A stretch of DNA of 64,000 nucleotides from Octopus vulgaris (lineage: Eukaryota). Both the position numbers and the translations under genes were made by a program. Positions 42,463-55,179 of the stretch are shown here, in pieces (positions within the stretch are counted from its first letter, which is position 1; every line of letters begins with the position of its first letter). The notes below the pieces were generated by a model. The model did not search any database and was not told the origin of the DNA. It was given only the letters and a program-made list of their open reading frames with translations. The stretch covers positions 138,508,001 through 138,572,000 of the forward strand of contig OX597816.1 in the NCBI GenBank assembly GCA_951406725.2, read 5' to 3'.

Positions 42463-43239
42463 AAGAAGAGAGGAGGAGAGTGAGGGGCGCAGGAAGTAAA
42501 GATATATGTATATTCTTTAGGAATATTCCGAGAGAAAGAAGACTGTCATAGAAGCGGAAAGGCAGACACTTACTAAAATAATTATATTGCAAATCATCTC
42601 AGCAAAAAATAACCTCGCTGAAGGTTCAGCAAATCTGTCACGCGTGCATTTCATCTTGATCCATGCTGCCCCTAATTCGTTGCTGCTGTTATTGTTATTA
42701 CTATTGTCAAACGCTTATCTTTATATGCTTCATCTTGTCCCCATCAACGTCACCTACATGTAGGCATATCTAACTTATGTCGAATTATTTTCTTGTGATT
42801 GTACCTTATGACTTATTGTGATGTCAACGTATATGTCAACTTGCTGTAAGAGTTTTCTTCTTGCTTTTTTTTGTTGTTGTTTTTTCTTTTTTTTTTTGTA
42901 CAGGAAAACTTCACTCGTTTTCCACGCCAAAGAAGTTGCATTTGGTAAAGCTATCTTCAAAATACTGATACATATCCGTAATGAATCTTTCAAAAAACAC
43001 GCACAATGTAAAGAAATAAGGAATACACCATTAGATATACAAATACATACACACGCACACAAATATGAGGGCATGTGCACGTGTATGTATATGTGTATAT
43101 GCATGCACGTATATACATAAATATTTTTTTTGCATGTGTATATATCATATTATACATTTTTATGTGAATATATATATATACATATATGTGTACGTGCGTG
43201 TATACATATATATTTCAATATACGTATGAAGATCTCTTA

Positions 43240-43680
43240 TTTGATCAATAAGTATCCGGACTGTAACCATAGTAAGAAAGCTGAAACACACAAAGTGAAG
43301 CCACTGAGCACAAATTTAACTTGAGCTCTGCTGTGCATGCGCACTAAGTTTTAACGTTCTAGCTCACTTCTGCTGTTTACAGTAGTGTTTGGAAGGAAGG
43401 TGTGTAGCATGTGGTCATCACAGAAAAATTTGAGCTGAGAATCTGCATCAAATTTTGCCTAAAGCTTAGTGATGCTTGCTCAGAGGCCTACGCAAAGTTT
43501 TCAAAAAGTTTTCATCGTTCTCGACACAATCGAAGAGATCCTGTGCAACTGGAACCCGAGTGTCTTCTTGGTCAGGTGAAAGCTGTTTTGGCATCTCATA
43601 CCCAAATCTTCAGTGATAATGGACTGAGCTGCACATCCTCTGATAACTCATGGATGGTGATTCGACGATTTAGTCCAAAG
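43240..43680 (+). mobile_element. mariner 5' end / deletion derivative
   Basis: TEKFELRICIKFCLKLSDACSEAYAK resembles the mariner N-terminal HTH region; AATAAGTATCCGGACT resembles the end of the element at 2622-2650. Confidence 0.75.
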
Positions 43681-43695
43681 ACTATGTATTACTCA

Positions 43696-44560
43696 TCCCA
43701 CGAGTGGATTCCTTAGGTGTTTAAATGTACACTGTATTTTATGAGTAATACATAGCCTTTGGACTAAATTTTTACACGCTAGGCCACTGGAAGTGAGAAT
43801 TTCTATAAATTTCCCATTCCTTTTGATATGATTAAGTATTGTAAGTTCCAGTGGCCTAGCGTGTAAAAATTTTATATTACTCATAAAATAATACTTTTTA
43901 TATTACTCATAAAATACAGTGTACATTTAAACACATAAGGAATCCACTCGTGGGATTCAACACGCTAGAAAGAACAGCTAGGTTCTATAACCACAAAATA
44001 GGGATAGTTTCCTGAACCAATTGGTTTCTGATTTTAGTTTAGCAAATAAATAACATTCGCTTGGTGAAAATCTTCTTCAACAGGTACACCTTAGATTAAA
44101 TATATAAAACACGAGGCAGTCAACTATGTGTCTCTTGTCTATACATCCTAATTTTTTCAAAATCTACTGCGCAGACGCAGCCCCTCGCTGGCAATATAAA
44201 AATGCCAACTTTTAAAATCGAAAATTATCCAAAAAGTTTCACCTAGTGAAGATTTCACCTAGCGAATGTTAAACAAAAATCAGATACTAATTGGTCCAGG
44301 AAACTAGATGGTAAAAAGTTTTTATTTTTTCATTTCGTTCCTGTCGAATTTTATCCCTAAATTTGTGGTTATAGAACCTAGCTGTTCTTTCTAGCATGTT
44401 AAATCCCACGAGTGGATTCCTTATGGGTTTAAATATACACTGTATTTTGTGAGTAATATAAAAAGTATTATTTCATGAGTAATATAAAAAAATTTTACAC
44501 GCTAGGCCACTAGAAGGGAACATTTCTATTAATTTCCATTTCCCTTCGATATGATTAAGT
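43696..44560. repeat. Three alternately oriented copies of one TA-adjacent element (+43696-43838, -43846-44090, +44235-44560)
   Basis: CCCACGAGTGGATTCCTTA...ACACGCTAGGCCACT.GAA occurs on +, - and +. Confidence 0.9.
44011..44084 (-). ncRNA. Hammerhead-like motif, C3U variant
   Basis: CCTG-TTGAAGA-AGATTTT...AAAATCA-GAAAC-CAATTG-GTT-CAGG; palindromic stem III. Confidence 0.6.
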
Positions 44561-44579
44561 ATATATATATATATGTATA

Positions 44580-44905
44580 GAAATTAAATATAAAATATAA
44601 ATTACAAAGTGGGACAAGAACGCAAAAACACACAAAGAGACGACACAAAAAAACAGACGGGTCACTCGAAGCCTCTAATCTTCAGTCGGAACCGGATCAT
44701 CTTAGCAATTTCGGCTGTTTAATCTCGATATCACTCCGAACCGGCCAACCCCAAGGAAAAACTAAGCCACAGGCATTAGATTTTTTGGAAAGAGGATCGA
44801 ATGTATACGAAACAAAGACAGGATGCCACACGAATATAAATACAAGAAACAAAAAATAGAAATAAAAAACAAGAATGGTAAGCTGGACAAAAACAGCGGG
44901 CGTCA
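44580..44905. mobile_element. TA-embedded repeat, family also at 55177-55540, 56014-56259 and inverted at 56740-56870
   Basis: Shared TCTTCAGTC..GAACCGGATCATC...AATTTCGGCTG.TTAATCT.GA segment. Confidence 0.85.
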
Positions 44906-44924
44906 TATATACATACATACATAT

Positions 44925-44962
<38 letters not shown>

Positions 44963-45312
44963 TTCCGTGTTATTTTTTTGTAAAAATATTTTTTTTAAAG
45001 TTTATTCTTTGATTTACATAACTGATATTATAAATCACTAGATACGGTAGAAGATTGGTCGAGATAGCAGTAATTGCTAACAGATTGGGCCCAGGAGAGT
45101 GGATGACCTATAAAAAGTTATAATGTTGACATAGGGAACCGTAAATGGAGATGAGATAGATCTAACATGGTTACTACTACAATAATTTATTAAATTACTG
45201 TATTTCTATATTACAGATAGAAAGAGAGAGAGAGAGAGAGAGAGAGTATAGATAGATAAATAGCTATACAGTTTGATAGTTGTATATAGTATGTGCTGAA
45301 TATGTATGTATT

Positions 45313-45389
<77 letters not shown>

Positions 45390-45644
45390 AAAATAAGGGT
45401 GAAAAATAGGATATTAATTTAATAACATCAATTTAAACACCAGTGGTCTAGCGCATAAAAGTCTGAGATACAGTAAATATTATTAATACACAAATATGAG
45501 AGAGAATCCACTATGTGGACGCTCTTACGCTAGATATAGATCCGCAAAAGGACTCAACCATTAAGAGTTGTTCTCAAGAAAAAATTTAGCACACTAAGAA
45601 CGTAAGCGAGCAGGACAAATGAAAAGTAACAAAGATATAGATTA

Positions 45645-45720
45645 ACCCCATACAATTGTTTCACTGTTAATAAATTATGCAGTTTTACTTACATAATTAT
45701 CCTCAGATCATCGGTGGGGT
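45645..45720 (-). ncRNA. Hammerhead-like motif, U4C variant
   Basis: ACCCCA-CCGATGA-TCTG...CAGT-GAAAC-AATT-GTA-TGGGGT; perfect 6-bp stem I, palindromic stem III; element 3' end abuts (TA)n at about 45385. Confidence 0.68.
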
Positions 45721-46734
45721 ACGTCATAAAATATAATTTGTCGAACTGCACGCTATATATTAACACGAGGTCAGAGACACGAGCAGTCCGGCCTATTATA
45801 TTCACAGTTACACTCAAATTTGGCGCGCTAGAACGAGGGCATTTCATGCGGTTCACAAACAGATGTATGTATATTGGTTTTCTGTCGAAATTAATAATGC
45901 TATACTCTTACATTAAGAACTGCAGGTCAACCAGTACTAGAAAGAGCATAAATATTCTTTCGTTACTCAAAGATAACTCATGCCCTGTACAAAATCGCTG
46001 AAATCCCTTCTATCATGTAATTTATCCTGCTAGATTGGACCAACAAGGAAACCTCAACATTCTCACTTATTCTGCTAAAAACATCATCTATGTTCCTTTT
46101 AAATCGTACTGCACCGGCTTAAAAGAGGAAAACTCATTACTTAATGATATCTTAGAAACCTCATTTTTTTCTGAAAAAATTTATATTGAATCTTCGTAGC
46201 TTGGAACATTTTTGATTATAGCATGATCCCCTGTAAGTGAAGTGTGCATAACGTTGTGATAATACCAGTGGGTCGCAAACTAAAACTAACTCCGAATATT
46301 ATGGACGTATTTACCCTCATTCTCTTTATTAATCCTTAACACTATAGACAGAAAGCCTGGAAATTTGAGGAGAGTGCTAGTCGATTACACCGACAGCTCC
46401 AATGACAGCTCCTTAAAATTTCTAGAGACTTATCTAATGACTTTTTAGAAAATTTCTCTAGTGTATATTTTCTTGTGATGTTATCTAATCGCTCAGTGAT
46501 TATATGAGTAATTGTGCTGGCGTGGGAGATTACAGGTCAGAGTATTGCTCCGGTGTTCTTTTTAAGTCTTAAACGTATGTTGGATTAGCACTAGTCGTAC
46601 CGAGCGGTCATACATGACCGCTTTTGCATTTTACTTTTTAATTTCTACATCTGTATTGAATGTGAAATCCTAAGCATCATTTCATATATATATCATATGT
46701 CTATATTATATATATTTATACTTTATATTTATAT

Positions 46735-47170
46735 TTTATCTAATTTCAGCTCACGAGCTGTAGCCATGCTGGGGCACCGCCATTCGGTGTTGCTACATGA
46801 TCTTACTTCACGAATGCTTTTTAGCAATTGCCATTTGGTGCATGAGAGAGTTCGATGCAGCTACCCTCATCTGCACCTCCTGCCAATGAAGTTGGTTCAT
46901 CTGAGACACCTGCCAGGAAGAGATCCAGTTTTATTTTAAAGACATCAGCATCCACCCCATGCAGGTCTCTCAGGTCCTTCGGAAGGATATCGAAGAGCTG
47001 TGGGCCTCTGAAGCCCAGGCTATCACAGTATCTTGTCTTACATTTTGATGGTAAATTTGGAGTCCTTGACACTATGTAGTGGCGCCCAGTTCTAGTATTT
47101 GTGTGTAACTCTCGATGCCAAAGTTTGGGACAAGTCCTTCCAGGATCTTCCAGATGTATATATAATTATG
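46735..47170 (-). mobile_element. CR1/L2-group LINE 3' end
   Basis: YIWKILEGLVPNFGI...SLGFRGPQLFDILPKDLRDL...FKIKLDLFL resembles the ORF2 C-terminus; followed by a 3' tail GGTGCCCCAGCATGGCTACAG. Confidence 0.85.
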
Positions 47171-47199
47171 AACATAGTTTCGTACATATATATTTTTGT

Positions 47200-47900
47200 G
47201 CGTAATTTTTTTTTCAATAGATCCTAAAGGACCCTTTTTTCAAATCCTTTATTCACTGCATTAGCTTATATTTAAAATAAGTTCAATTAAATAAAGGTTT
47301 TTAATGCCGGTCATGTTGGTACTTCTAGTGTTAAGCGCTTTTTCTACATACGCGTATTCGCCGCGCTAATAAATTTAGAGTGTTTGATTTATAATTGCTC
47401 AGTGTTTTCAATTTCGATAAATTTGATATTATCATATACAATGATGTTGATTTTAGTAATATATTCATCTTTGTTCATAATAAACAGATTATTCTTATTG
47501 CCTTTTTACACATTGCAATTTTATCGATAATGTTCATTTCCTGTAGAGCTAGTTTAAAATTCTTGTTAAGTGCCTTTTTAGTTGTGTTTATATCTCGGTT
47601 TATCACCTTCACATCTGAAAAAAAATCTTGCAATTTATCTTTAATTTTTATTGTAATTTTATCACTAAGAGTTTCGAGAGATTGATGGAGCAATTCAAGT
47701 TTGACATTTTTAATGTTCCGACAATAATTTCCTTTGAAGTTTGTGCCGAAATAAAGGAGTGAAATTTAATATGTGATCTAAGATGTTGAGAAAAAAATAT
47801 CTTTTTGAGTAGATATTAATATTTCTACATTACAAAGACTTCTAACTTTCCATATATTGGTACTCCTTAAATTCAGCGATAACGTTTTAATCATGATATT
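47200..47900 (-). mobile_element. Possible decayed Penelope-like ORF N-terminal fragment
   Basis: Lys/Asn/Ile-rich broken frames with IKNL.LIEL....SE*RI*KKGP, loosely resembling the NLS...L...E..IL.KG motif upstream of PLE RTs. Confidence 0.35.
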
Positions 47901-48632
47901 TTTTTTTTTCCATTTGCATGATCTTTTGCAAACTATTGCAAAGTGGGCAAACAAGACGCCGCTAAATCTGCCTGCCAGTGACAGGTTGAATCTGAGTGCT
48001 TCTGAAAACTAGTGTTGCAAACTAACCATAAAGGTCTACCGAGGAACTATAAATAAACTAAATATACACTCACAGGTGTGTGTGTTTGTGTGTTGTTGTT
48101 GTTGTTGTTGCTGATAAAATAAGGTGCCACTTCGAAAGGCGGTGGATGGATGAAATTGTAAGAACGTCGAGCATAATGCCTTACATTCTTAATTCAAATC
48201 CTTCTTGTTGTTGTTGTTCTTTAACCCATGTCAGTTCACTGTAATCACCGAACATAAAGTACCAAGAATATAGGAAAACGACTTTTACATCCAACCATTC
48301 ATCCAGCCATCCTACCATCCAGAGATACATACATACATGCATACATACATACATACATACATACATACATACATACATACATACATACATACATACATAC
48401 ATACATACAGAGAATGCAAATCCTTAATTCATATGCTACAAATGTTCACGTTATCTGGGACTATAATAGTCTCCAAGACCTTCTCAAGATTTAAGGGATG
48501 ATGGTTAAAACATGATACTTTCCTTCATAATCTTGTTGTGAAGTAGGTGGCTGGTCAAACTTTACTCAAAGTTAAAAAGTTAAAGAAAACGAACATACAT
48601 ACATACATACATACATACATACATACATACAT

Positions 48633-48703
<71 letters not shown>

Positions 48704-48707
48704 TATA

Positions 48708-49158
48708 CACATGGTGGCTTTCAACTCGTAGACAAGTACGGCCATCTGGGACAATTTATCTTATCCTAGATGTTGAAGACAGTTGCTATCAGTAGTGCCT
48801 TATGCTGAAATTAAAAGCCATTAACAGCTTGCACAACACTGCTAAGACCCACCTACAAAACCAAGTAGTTCGAAAACAAGCAAAACCAAGATCTCCTACT
48901 TCGCAATGAGGAGGGTGTTATTTCAGTGTTTCCTCCTTCTATGTAGATGTTTAAACAATGATTAGGGGCCGTTGGCTCTACTGATTTCATCCTTTCTTTG
49001 ACAGTTTTTTTTTGTTTCATCCTGCAGGTGATCCAACGAAAACAACCCTCCTTACAAAGTAGGGTTGGTAAAGTTGCCAGTTTATTCGCTAACAACCAAA
49101 CTATACGATAAGCTGTACTGGTTACATGTTACCAACAGCAGTAAGGGTGACCTGACAA
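48708..49158 (-). mobile_element. Diverged copy of the 25447-26010 element
   Basis: Starts TGTCAGGTCAC...GGTAACATGTAACCAGTAC, ends ATGGCCGTACT...GCCACCATGTG next to (TACA/GACA)n. Confidence 0.8.
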
Positions 49159-49210
49159 AGCTGCTTACACTCATACACGTATACATATATACACGCATAC
49201 ATACACGCAC

Positions 49211-49290
<80 letters not shown>

Positions 49291-49754
49291 GCATACATAT
49301 GTAGCGGTAGCTAAATAGTTGAATGATCTCCCTTGCAAGAAAGATTATAGAGTAACCCCCCTTTCTATGTTTCTCGAAGCATCTGTGTCATGAGACGTGA
49401 TTCTTAATTATTCGGGAAGCTTAGTGCTTCTCTTGGAAGTTTCTAGAATGTCTAGCGTTCCATTAATAAAAGGAGCTTGCTAACCCTGCCCTTCGCTTCT
49501 TAGATGATCACGTCATTGCTCTGTCCGTCTATTTCTCTACGCCACATGACTGAAAAGCACCACTTAGCTATTATTTCTACATTTCCTATCTCTGAACTTT
49601 CTTGCATAGATTACTTCATTCAAATAGATTCTACATTTTGATTATGTTTCATCGTCGGTCAATTAATAGAATAAATTTTTGTGTAGTAAACATATAGTTC
49701 TTGAATTTATTCTTCATCTCTATATGAACTTTTGTAATAATATACAAACAGCCA

Positions 49755-49913
49755 CATACATTCATACATACATAAATACATACATACATACATACATACA
49801 TACATACATACATACATACATACATACATACATACATACATACATACATACATACATACATACATACATACATACATACATACATACATACATACATACA
49901 TACATACATACAT
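49755..49913. repeat. (TACA)n microsatellite
   Basis: Direct reading. Confidence 0.98.
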
Positions 49914-50763
49914 AGTCAGAAAAAAGAAAGCTAATTCAAGACTACAGACTCAAGCTATTATTGGAAGTGTCAAAATCTGTAAAATTTTCCAGAAGTTTAT
50001 CATTTAAGTATATATAAGCATGTCTAGATATGCAAGTATATGCATGAGAAGACATACATTAAAGAAATCATACAAATATGCACATAAACATATATACATA
50101 TATATATACAATGGAGCCTTGGATCTAGGTTAGAAACCGGCTCTTTCTCTATTAGCAAGAAATCTTGAAATGAAACTGGATGATGGCATACATACATACA
50201 TACATGCATACATTCATTCATACATGCCTGCCTATATGCATACATACATTCATGCATGCATGCCTATATACATACATCCATCCATACATCCATACATACA
50301 TCCATACATACATACATACATACATACATACATACATACATACATACATACATACATACATACATACATACACATTCTATCTGTTGGTTGATTTATTTTG
50401 CTCACTGGTTTTAGCAAAAGGAGAAACCATAGTAAGTGCAAATAAGATGGATGATCATGCACGAAATACCTTTCTTAATTATGCCTCATCAAGCTAAACA
50501 ACGAAAACAGTCATCGAAATAAAAAAAAAAAGAATATGAACTCAATAATCACTATATACTCAGGTTCCACACAGAATTCTGTCGTTCACTTTTGTGATTT
50601 GATGTTTTCATTCTTTTTATTTGTCTGATTTTAATAACGCTCAACGATTTTCATAGAACTAAGATTATTTATTCAATTAAGAATTTCATTTATCACAGAT
50701 ACGATCAAATGATTGTTGTACACATATAAATGGAAATCTTTTGGTTGTGATCACTCGACTTAC

Positions 50764-50926
50764 CCAATATTGTATTCTACCAACGATGAATTAGTGACAA
50801 GACCCACTAAAATAGTGGTTCCAAGCAAGCACCAAAACGATAATGAAACAGTCAACGACAACAGGATTGTTGATGTCTCCACATAGTAAAAGTTGATGAT
50901 CCGCATGGGGAGTCTGATTTTTCTCT
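50764..50926 (-). CDS. Candidate exon encoding a hydrophobic, signal-peptide-like stretch
   Basis: Strong acceptor TTTTTTCCAG and donor GG|GTAAGT; MRIINFYYVETSTILLSLTVSLSFWCLLGTTILVGLVTNSSLVEYNIG from ATG at 50906. Confidence 0.3.
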
Positions 50927-51339
50927 CTGGAAAAAACAACTTGTTACTATCAACTAATGCTAGACGTAAATGCATATCACCTGGCAACCACAGAAGAAAC
51001 TTCTCCGAACCAATATCAACACTGATAAGACACTGTAATCAGTGTTTCCATACATGCTAATATATAGCCACGATCAATAACGTATTTGACAGCTATTTCT
51101 AGCCAGGTTTCGTCATTTTCAACAACCATTTTTCTTGCATAGTTCTAGAAATAAATCATTTTTTTTTAACGTATCTGTCTAACCGGGGTCTCAGCTACAT
51201 GTTCCAGTCCGTCATTACATTACTGCCATAGTGTAAATAGTTAAAAAGACAAAAAGAGAAATGTTCCTTGCCATATACTCTCTACTTAATGAGGCTCTTA
51301 TTCCAATGACACAAGCAGCTATATTCTCTTTAACAATCT

Positions 51340-53215
51340 CTCAGTGATCTGAAGGCGCGAACATTTGGTTCACGCAGTTAGCAGCATACTTTTCGACTAA
51401 CTAAATCCCGTCAAATTCTCATATCTCAATTTGTTAATAAGTGTCTTTCCGCCAATCTTAAGTGGTGAAATAAAGGACAGAATTACTGCTCCTGCAGGTA
51501 CCATTTCGTATCAGGAAATTAAACCAGAGATATTAAAGCGCACGTCCAGTTCCCCACAAAGGAGCTCTAGTCACCTTCTCTACAGTGAAACTTTAGAAGA
51601 TAAGGCCTTCCAGCTTCTATGAAGACGAAGGAATTTCTAGAAAGTAATTCCTTGGAGGAAAATAATTCCTTACATGAAACAGTTGTCATTGTCACGTTTA
51701 CTGCCGAATGTACAGGCAATTTTTACAGTAAATGATCCCAGCTCTATTTGTCAACTGTCGGAATTAGCGGATAGCAATTTCGACATACCACTTCCAACTT
51801 GCTCTAACTATTTTGTTACTTGTAACTTTCTTCGAAGCACTTCATTTTTTCTGCATATTCAACTTCTCGTTCCAGAAATCGAGAGAAAAAAGCTCGCAGA
51901 ACTCATTCACAGTGCTGGTACCATTACAGATTTCGGCTCGAATGCTCACTGCTGTATACAGACTTGTTCTTTTAATCTGATTTCAAGCAACAGGATAACT
52001 TAGACGCCAAGGATTAAGTTAAGCGCCTTACTGTAGAAGTGCCAACTGTGGCACTTCTACAGTAAGGCGCTTTTTTTTTCCATCGATATCTCGTTTTCTC
52101 GTGAAAACAGGTGCTGAGTGCATTTTTTGGTTGTACAATTTTTTTACAGGGCAGACAGTAGCCGATAATTGCAAAATTTAAACCATTCAACAATTCACTC
52201 TTACAGAAAAAAATCTATAAAGTTTAACTTGAATTTACGTAGTTTCAAATGGCGTTTCATCGTAGATTCTGGATCAATTAATCGGAAAAGGAAGAAAGAG
52301 AAAATTCTTTTAACACCAGAATCACAATCATTTAACGAGATGAAAGAGAAATTATCCAGAGTCAGCTTATTAACCAAGCAGTAACAGAGACAAACCTTTC
52401 TCTGTAAGTGGATGCTACTGGTGTAAGAATCGCTGTTGTTTTAGAACAGTATAATCAGGAGTCTTGGTAAACTTTGTTATTTTTCTCGAAGTGTTTGAAA
52501 CCGGCTGAAAGTAGATATAGTTCATTCGATCAGAAATTATTAGCGTCATATTTAACAGTAAAGTACATTCGTCATTACCTGGAAGATAGAATCATTATCA
52601 TACATACTGACCAGAAGCTATAATTTTAAACGTTCTCCATAGGGGACTTTATATGTATCACAATTTACTGCCGATATTTGTTGTATCACGGGCTCTAATA
52701 ATTGCACAGCTGGTGCTTTATCCCAATTTCATATAAATTCCTTGCACTACGGTGAAGCCATTGACTTTCAAAAAATTGCTGTAGACCAGGAAACAAATGG
52801 AAAATTAACACAATTGGAGAACTCTGTATAATCTGTAGAGTTCCATGTAGTTCTTCCATACTCTACGAGGCATACTTTGTGTGATATTTCTGCCGTCCAA
52901 GAACGATATTTTGTACCTACCAAACATAGAAGCTCCATTTCCCCTCTCTTCACAATATATCTCATCCGGAAGTCACAGATGATTCCTGTGGCCAAATATG
53001 AACAAGAATATTTGTCAAACGACTAAGAATTGTAAAATATTGTCAAAAAGCAAAAGCTCAGCGTCAACTAAGAGTGGCCTTAAGAAATTTTGCTACACCA
53101 GTTGCACGTTTTCAACACGCGCATACAGAAACTTCTGGACCGTTATCACTTGTCCAGGACTAAATGTATCAGTTGACATGTAGTGATCAGTTCTCTATTG
53201 GGTCTGAAGCTGTTA
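51340..53215 (+). mobile_element. Ty3/Gypsy LTR retrotransposon internal relic (gag-PR-[RT deleted]-RNaseH-IN)
   Basis: gag-like WFTQL, EIKDRITAP..YQEIK, CWYH..FG..A.CC; NLNLRSFKWRF; RNaseH VDAT...FFSKCLKPAESRYSSFDQKLLASYLTVKYIRHYLE...HTDQK; integrase-like WPNMNKNI; many stops. Confidence 0.9.
52021..52072. repeat. Perfect 24-bp hairpin with 4-nt loop, running into a T tract
   Basis: AAGCGCCTTACTGTAGAAGTGCCA-ACTG-TGGCACTTCTACAGTAAGGCGCTT. Confidence 0.97.
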
Positions 53216-53269
53216 TTATATCATTATTATTATTATTATTATCATTATTATTATTATTATTATTATTAT

Positions 53270-53570
53270 TTCTTTCGCCCTTTTCAAGTCTAGCTAGGCT
53301 CATGGGCCCGGTTTCCTGGTTTATGTGGCGTATGTGTTCCTCTCAGCTGGACGGGACGCCAGTCCATCGCAGCGTTACTCAAGAAACAGGAAGAGAGAGT
53401 GAGAGAAAGTTGTTGCGAAAGAGTACAACTGAGGTCACCACCATCCCCTGCCGGAGCTCGTGGAGCTTTAAATGTTTTGGCTCAATAAACACACACAATA
53501 TCCGGTCTGGGAAACGAAACTGCGTCCTCCGATCGAGAGTCCGCTGTCCTAACCACTGGGCCATTGCGCC
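53270..53570 (-). mobile_element. SINE family T copy with GGACTGGCGTCCCGTCCAG segment
   Basis: GGCGCAATGGCCCAGTGGTTAGG head plus family body. Confidence 0.85.
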
Positions 53571-53587
53571 TACACTGTTATATTATC

Positions 53588-54240
53588 ATATCTATAAAAG
53601 GCATGATGTGTGTGTGAGTGTGTGTGTGTGCGCGTGTGTGTGTACGTGATTGTAATTTATGCGCATCCACAAATTAGCACGCATGTCGCTCAAATTTTAG
53701 GAGGACATTCGTCAACATCCTATCTGGGTTTTGTCAACTTATTTTTTCCCGAGGCACCCGCGGATAGCGTAAAAATCTATTTTCAGCCATTGCTTTTAGC
53801 CGTAAAAAATATCAGCCATAGCTTTTTTGACGGCGTCTAACAAAGACAAAACAAGATAAAGAAAAGTGGAAGAAGGAGGCAGAGAGTTTCACGGGAAAGA
53901 CAAAGAGAGAGAGAGGGAGAGAGAGTAAGTGACGACGTTCATAAAAAATAAAATGTATAATGTTTTGTTTTTTCTTAAACACGAGCTATAGTGTTCAAGT
54001 TCAGGATGATTTTGAAAGACACTATATTTTATAATCATATTATATATACTTTCTCACACAACAATTACAATATATTTATTTTAAATCATTTATTTATTTT
54101 AAATCGTTCGTCTTTCTCCCCCTCTCTCTGTCACGCACATTACTTTGGGTGCGAAAGAGTTTTGTTTATATTTTACGTCGAGTAAAAAAGTGTTTTTTAC
54201 TGCGGAAATTTACGTAGGATTTACCGAATCTATTACTCAT
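53588..54240 (+). mobile_element. Possible non-autonomous Helitron-like repeat
   Basis: TCTATAAAA start followed by a GT run, similar in layout to 19300-20045; single copy here and no clear 3' end. Confidence 0.35.
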
Positions 54241-54947
54241 ACAACAAACATATATTCCATCTGGCACCATTAACTGCCCTCTTGTTTTTATCCGTAGTGG
54301 TGTGGTGCAAAAGTCTATATATATCAGACTTTATAGTGTTTTGCAGGCACATTCTACACATTTCATACTTAATGTCCATGATAAAAACAGCGACAGTTAG
54401 TAAGTACAGAATGAAAAAAAAGAAAAGTCATGCATTGATTAATATGCATAATAAACTCAATGCAAGAGGACATGTGTAACGCGGTTTCAGTCGAGTTTGG
54501 ACAATCTCGCTCAAATTCTCCACTTTAGAGACACAGCCTAACAATATTGCAACAAAAAAGCCAGACTAGCCATAAGAAACAATCTATGTCCTCAAAAATG
54601 GCATTAACATCTATGTGAACATGGCTCAGTCAATCAGGTTGACTCGAAGTGTAGCCAAATAAACAATTGACATAGAAGATCTGTGAATTTTCCCGCCAAG
54701 CTTTTAGGAACTTCAAGGTTGTTATAAAATGTGGAGTTACTAAAGTACCAAATAAAACATTTTTATGATAAGGTGTGCGCACTATTTCTAGTTATCTGTC
54801 GTTAATAACTGAATGATTTTTCACATAATCAATTTATGCAGCATGTGATCATTCTCATCTTCTCAAGAAACTCATCAAGGGCTGAATGACCAGACTATTC
54901 TCTTCCCCTTCTCTCTTTCACGCGATATGCGTGTATATATACATGTA

Positions 54948-55049
<102 letters not shown>

Positions 55050-55132
55050 TGTGTGTATATATATACATATATTCTACCACTGGTATTTGAGTACTCTTTT
55101 TTCCACCTTGTTTCACATTTATGTGTTTAATC

Positions 55133-55170
<38 letters not shown>

Positions 55171-55179
<9 letters not shown>

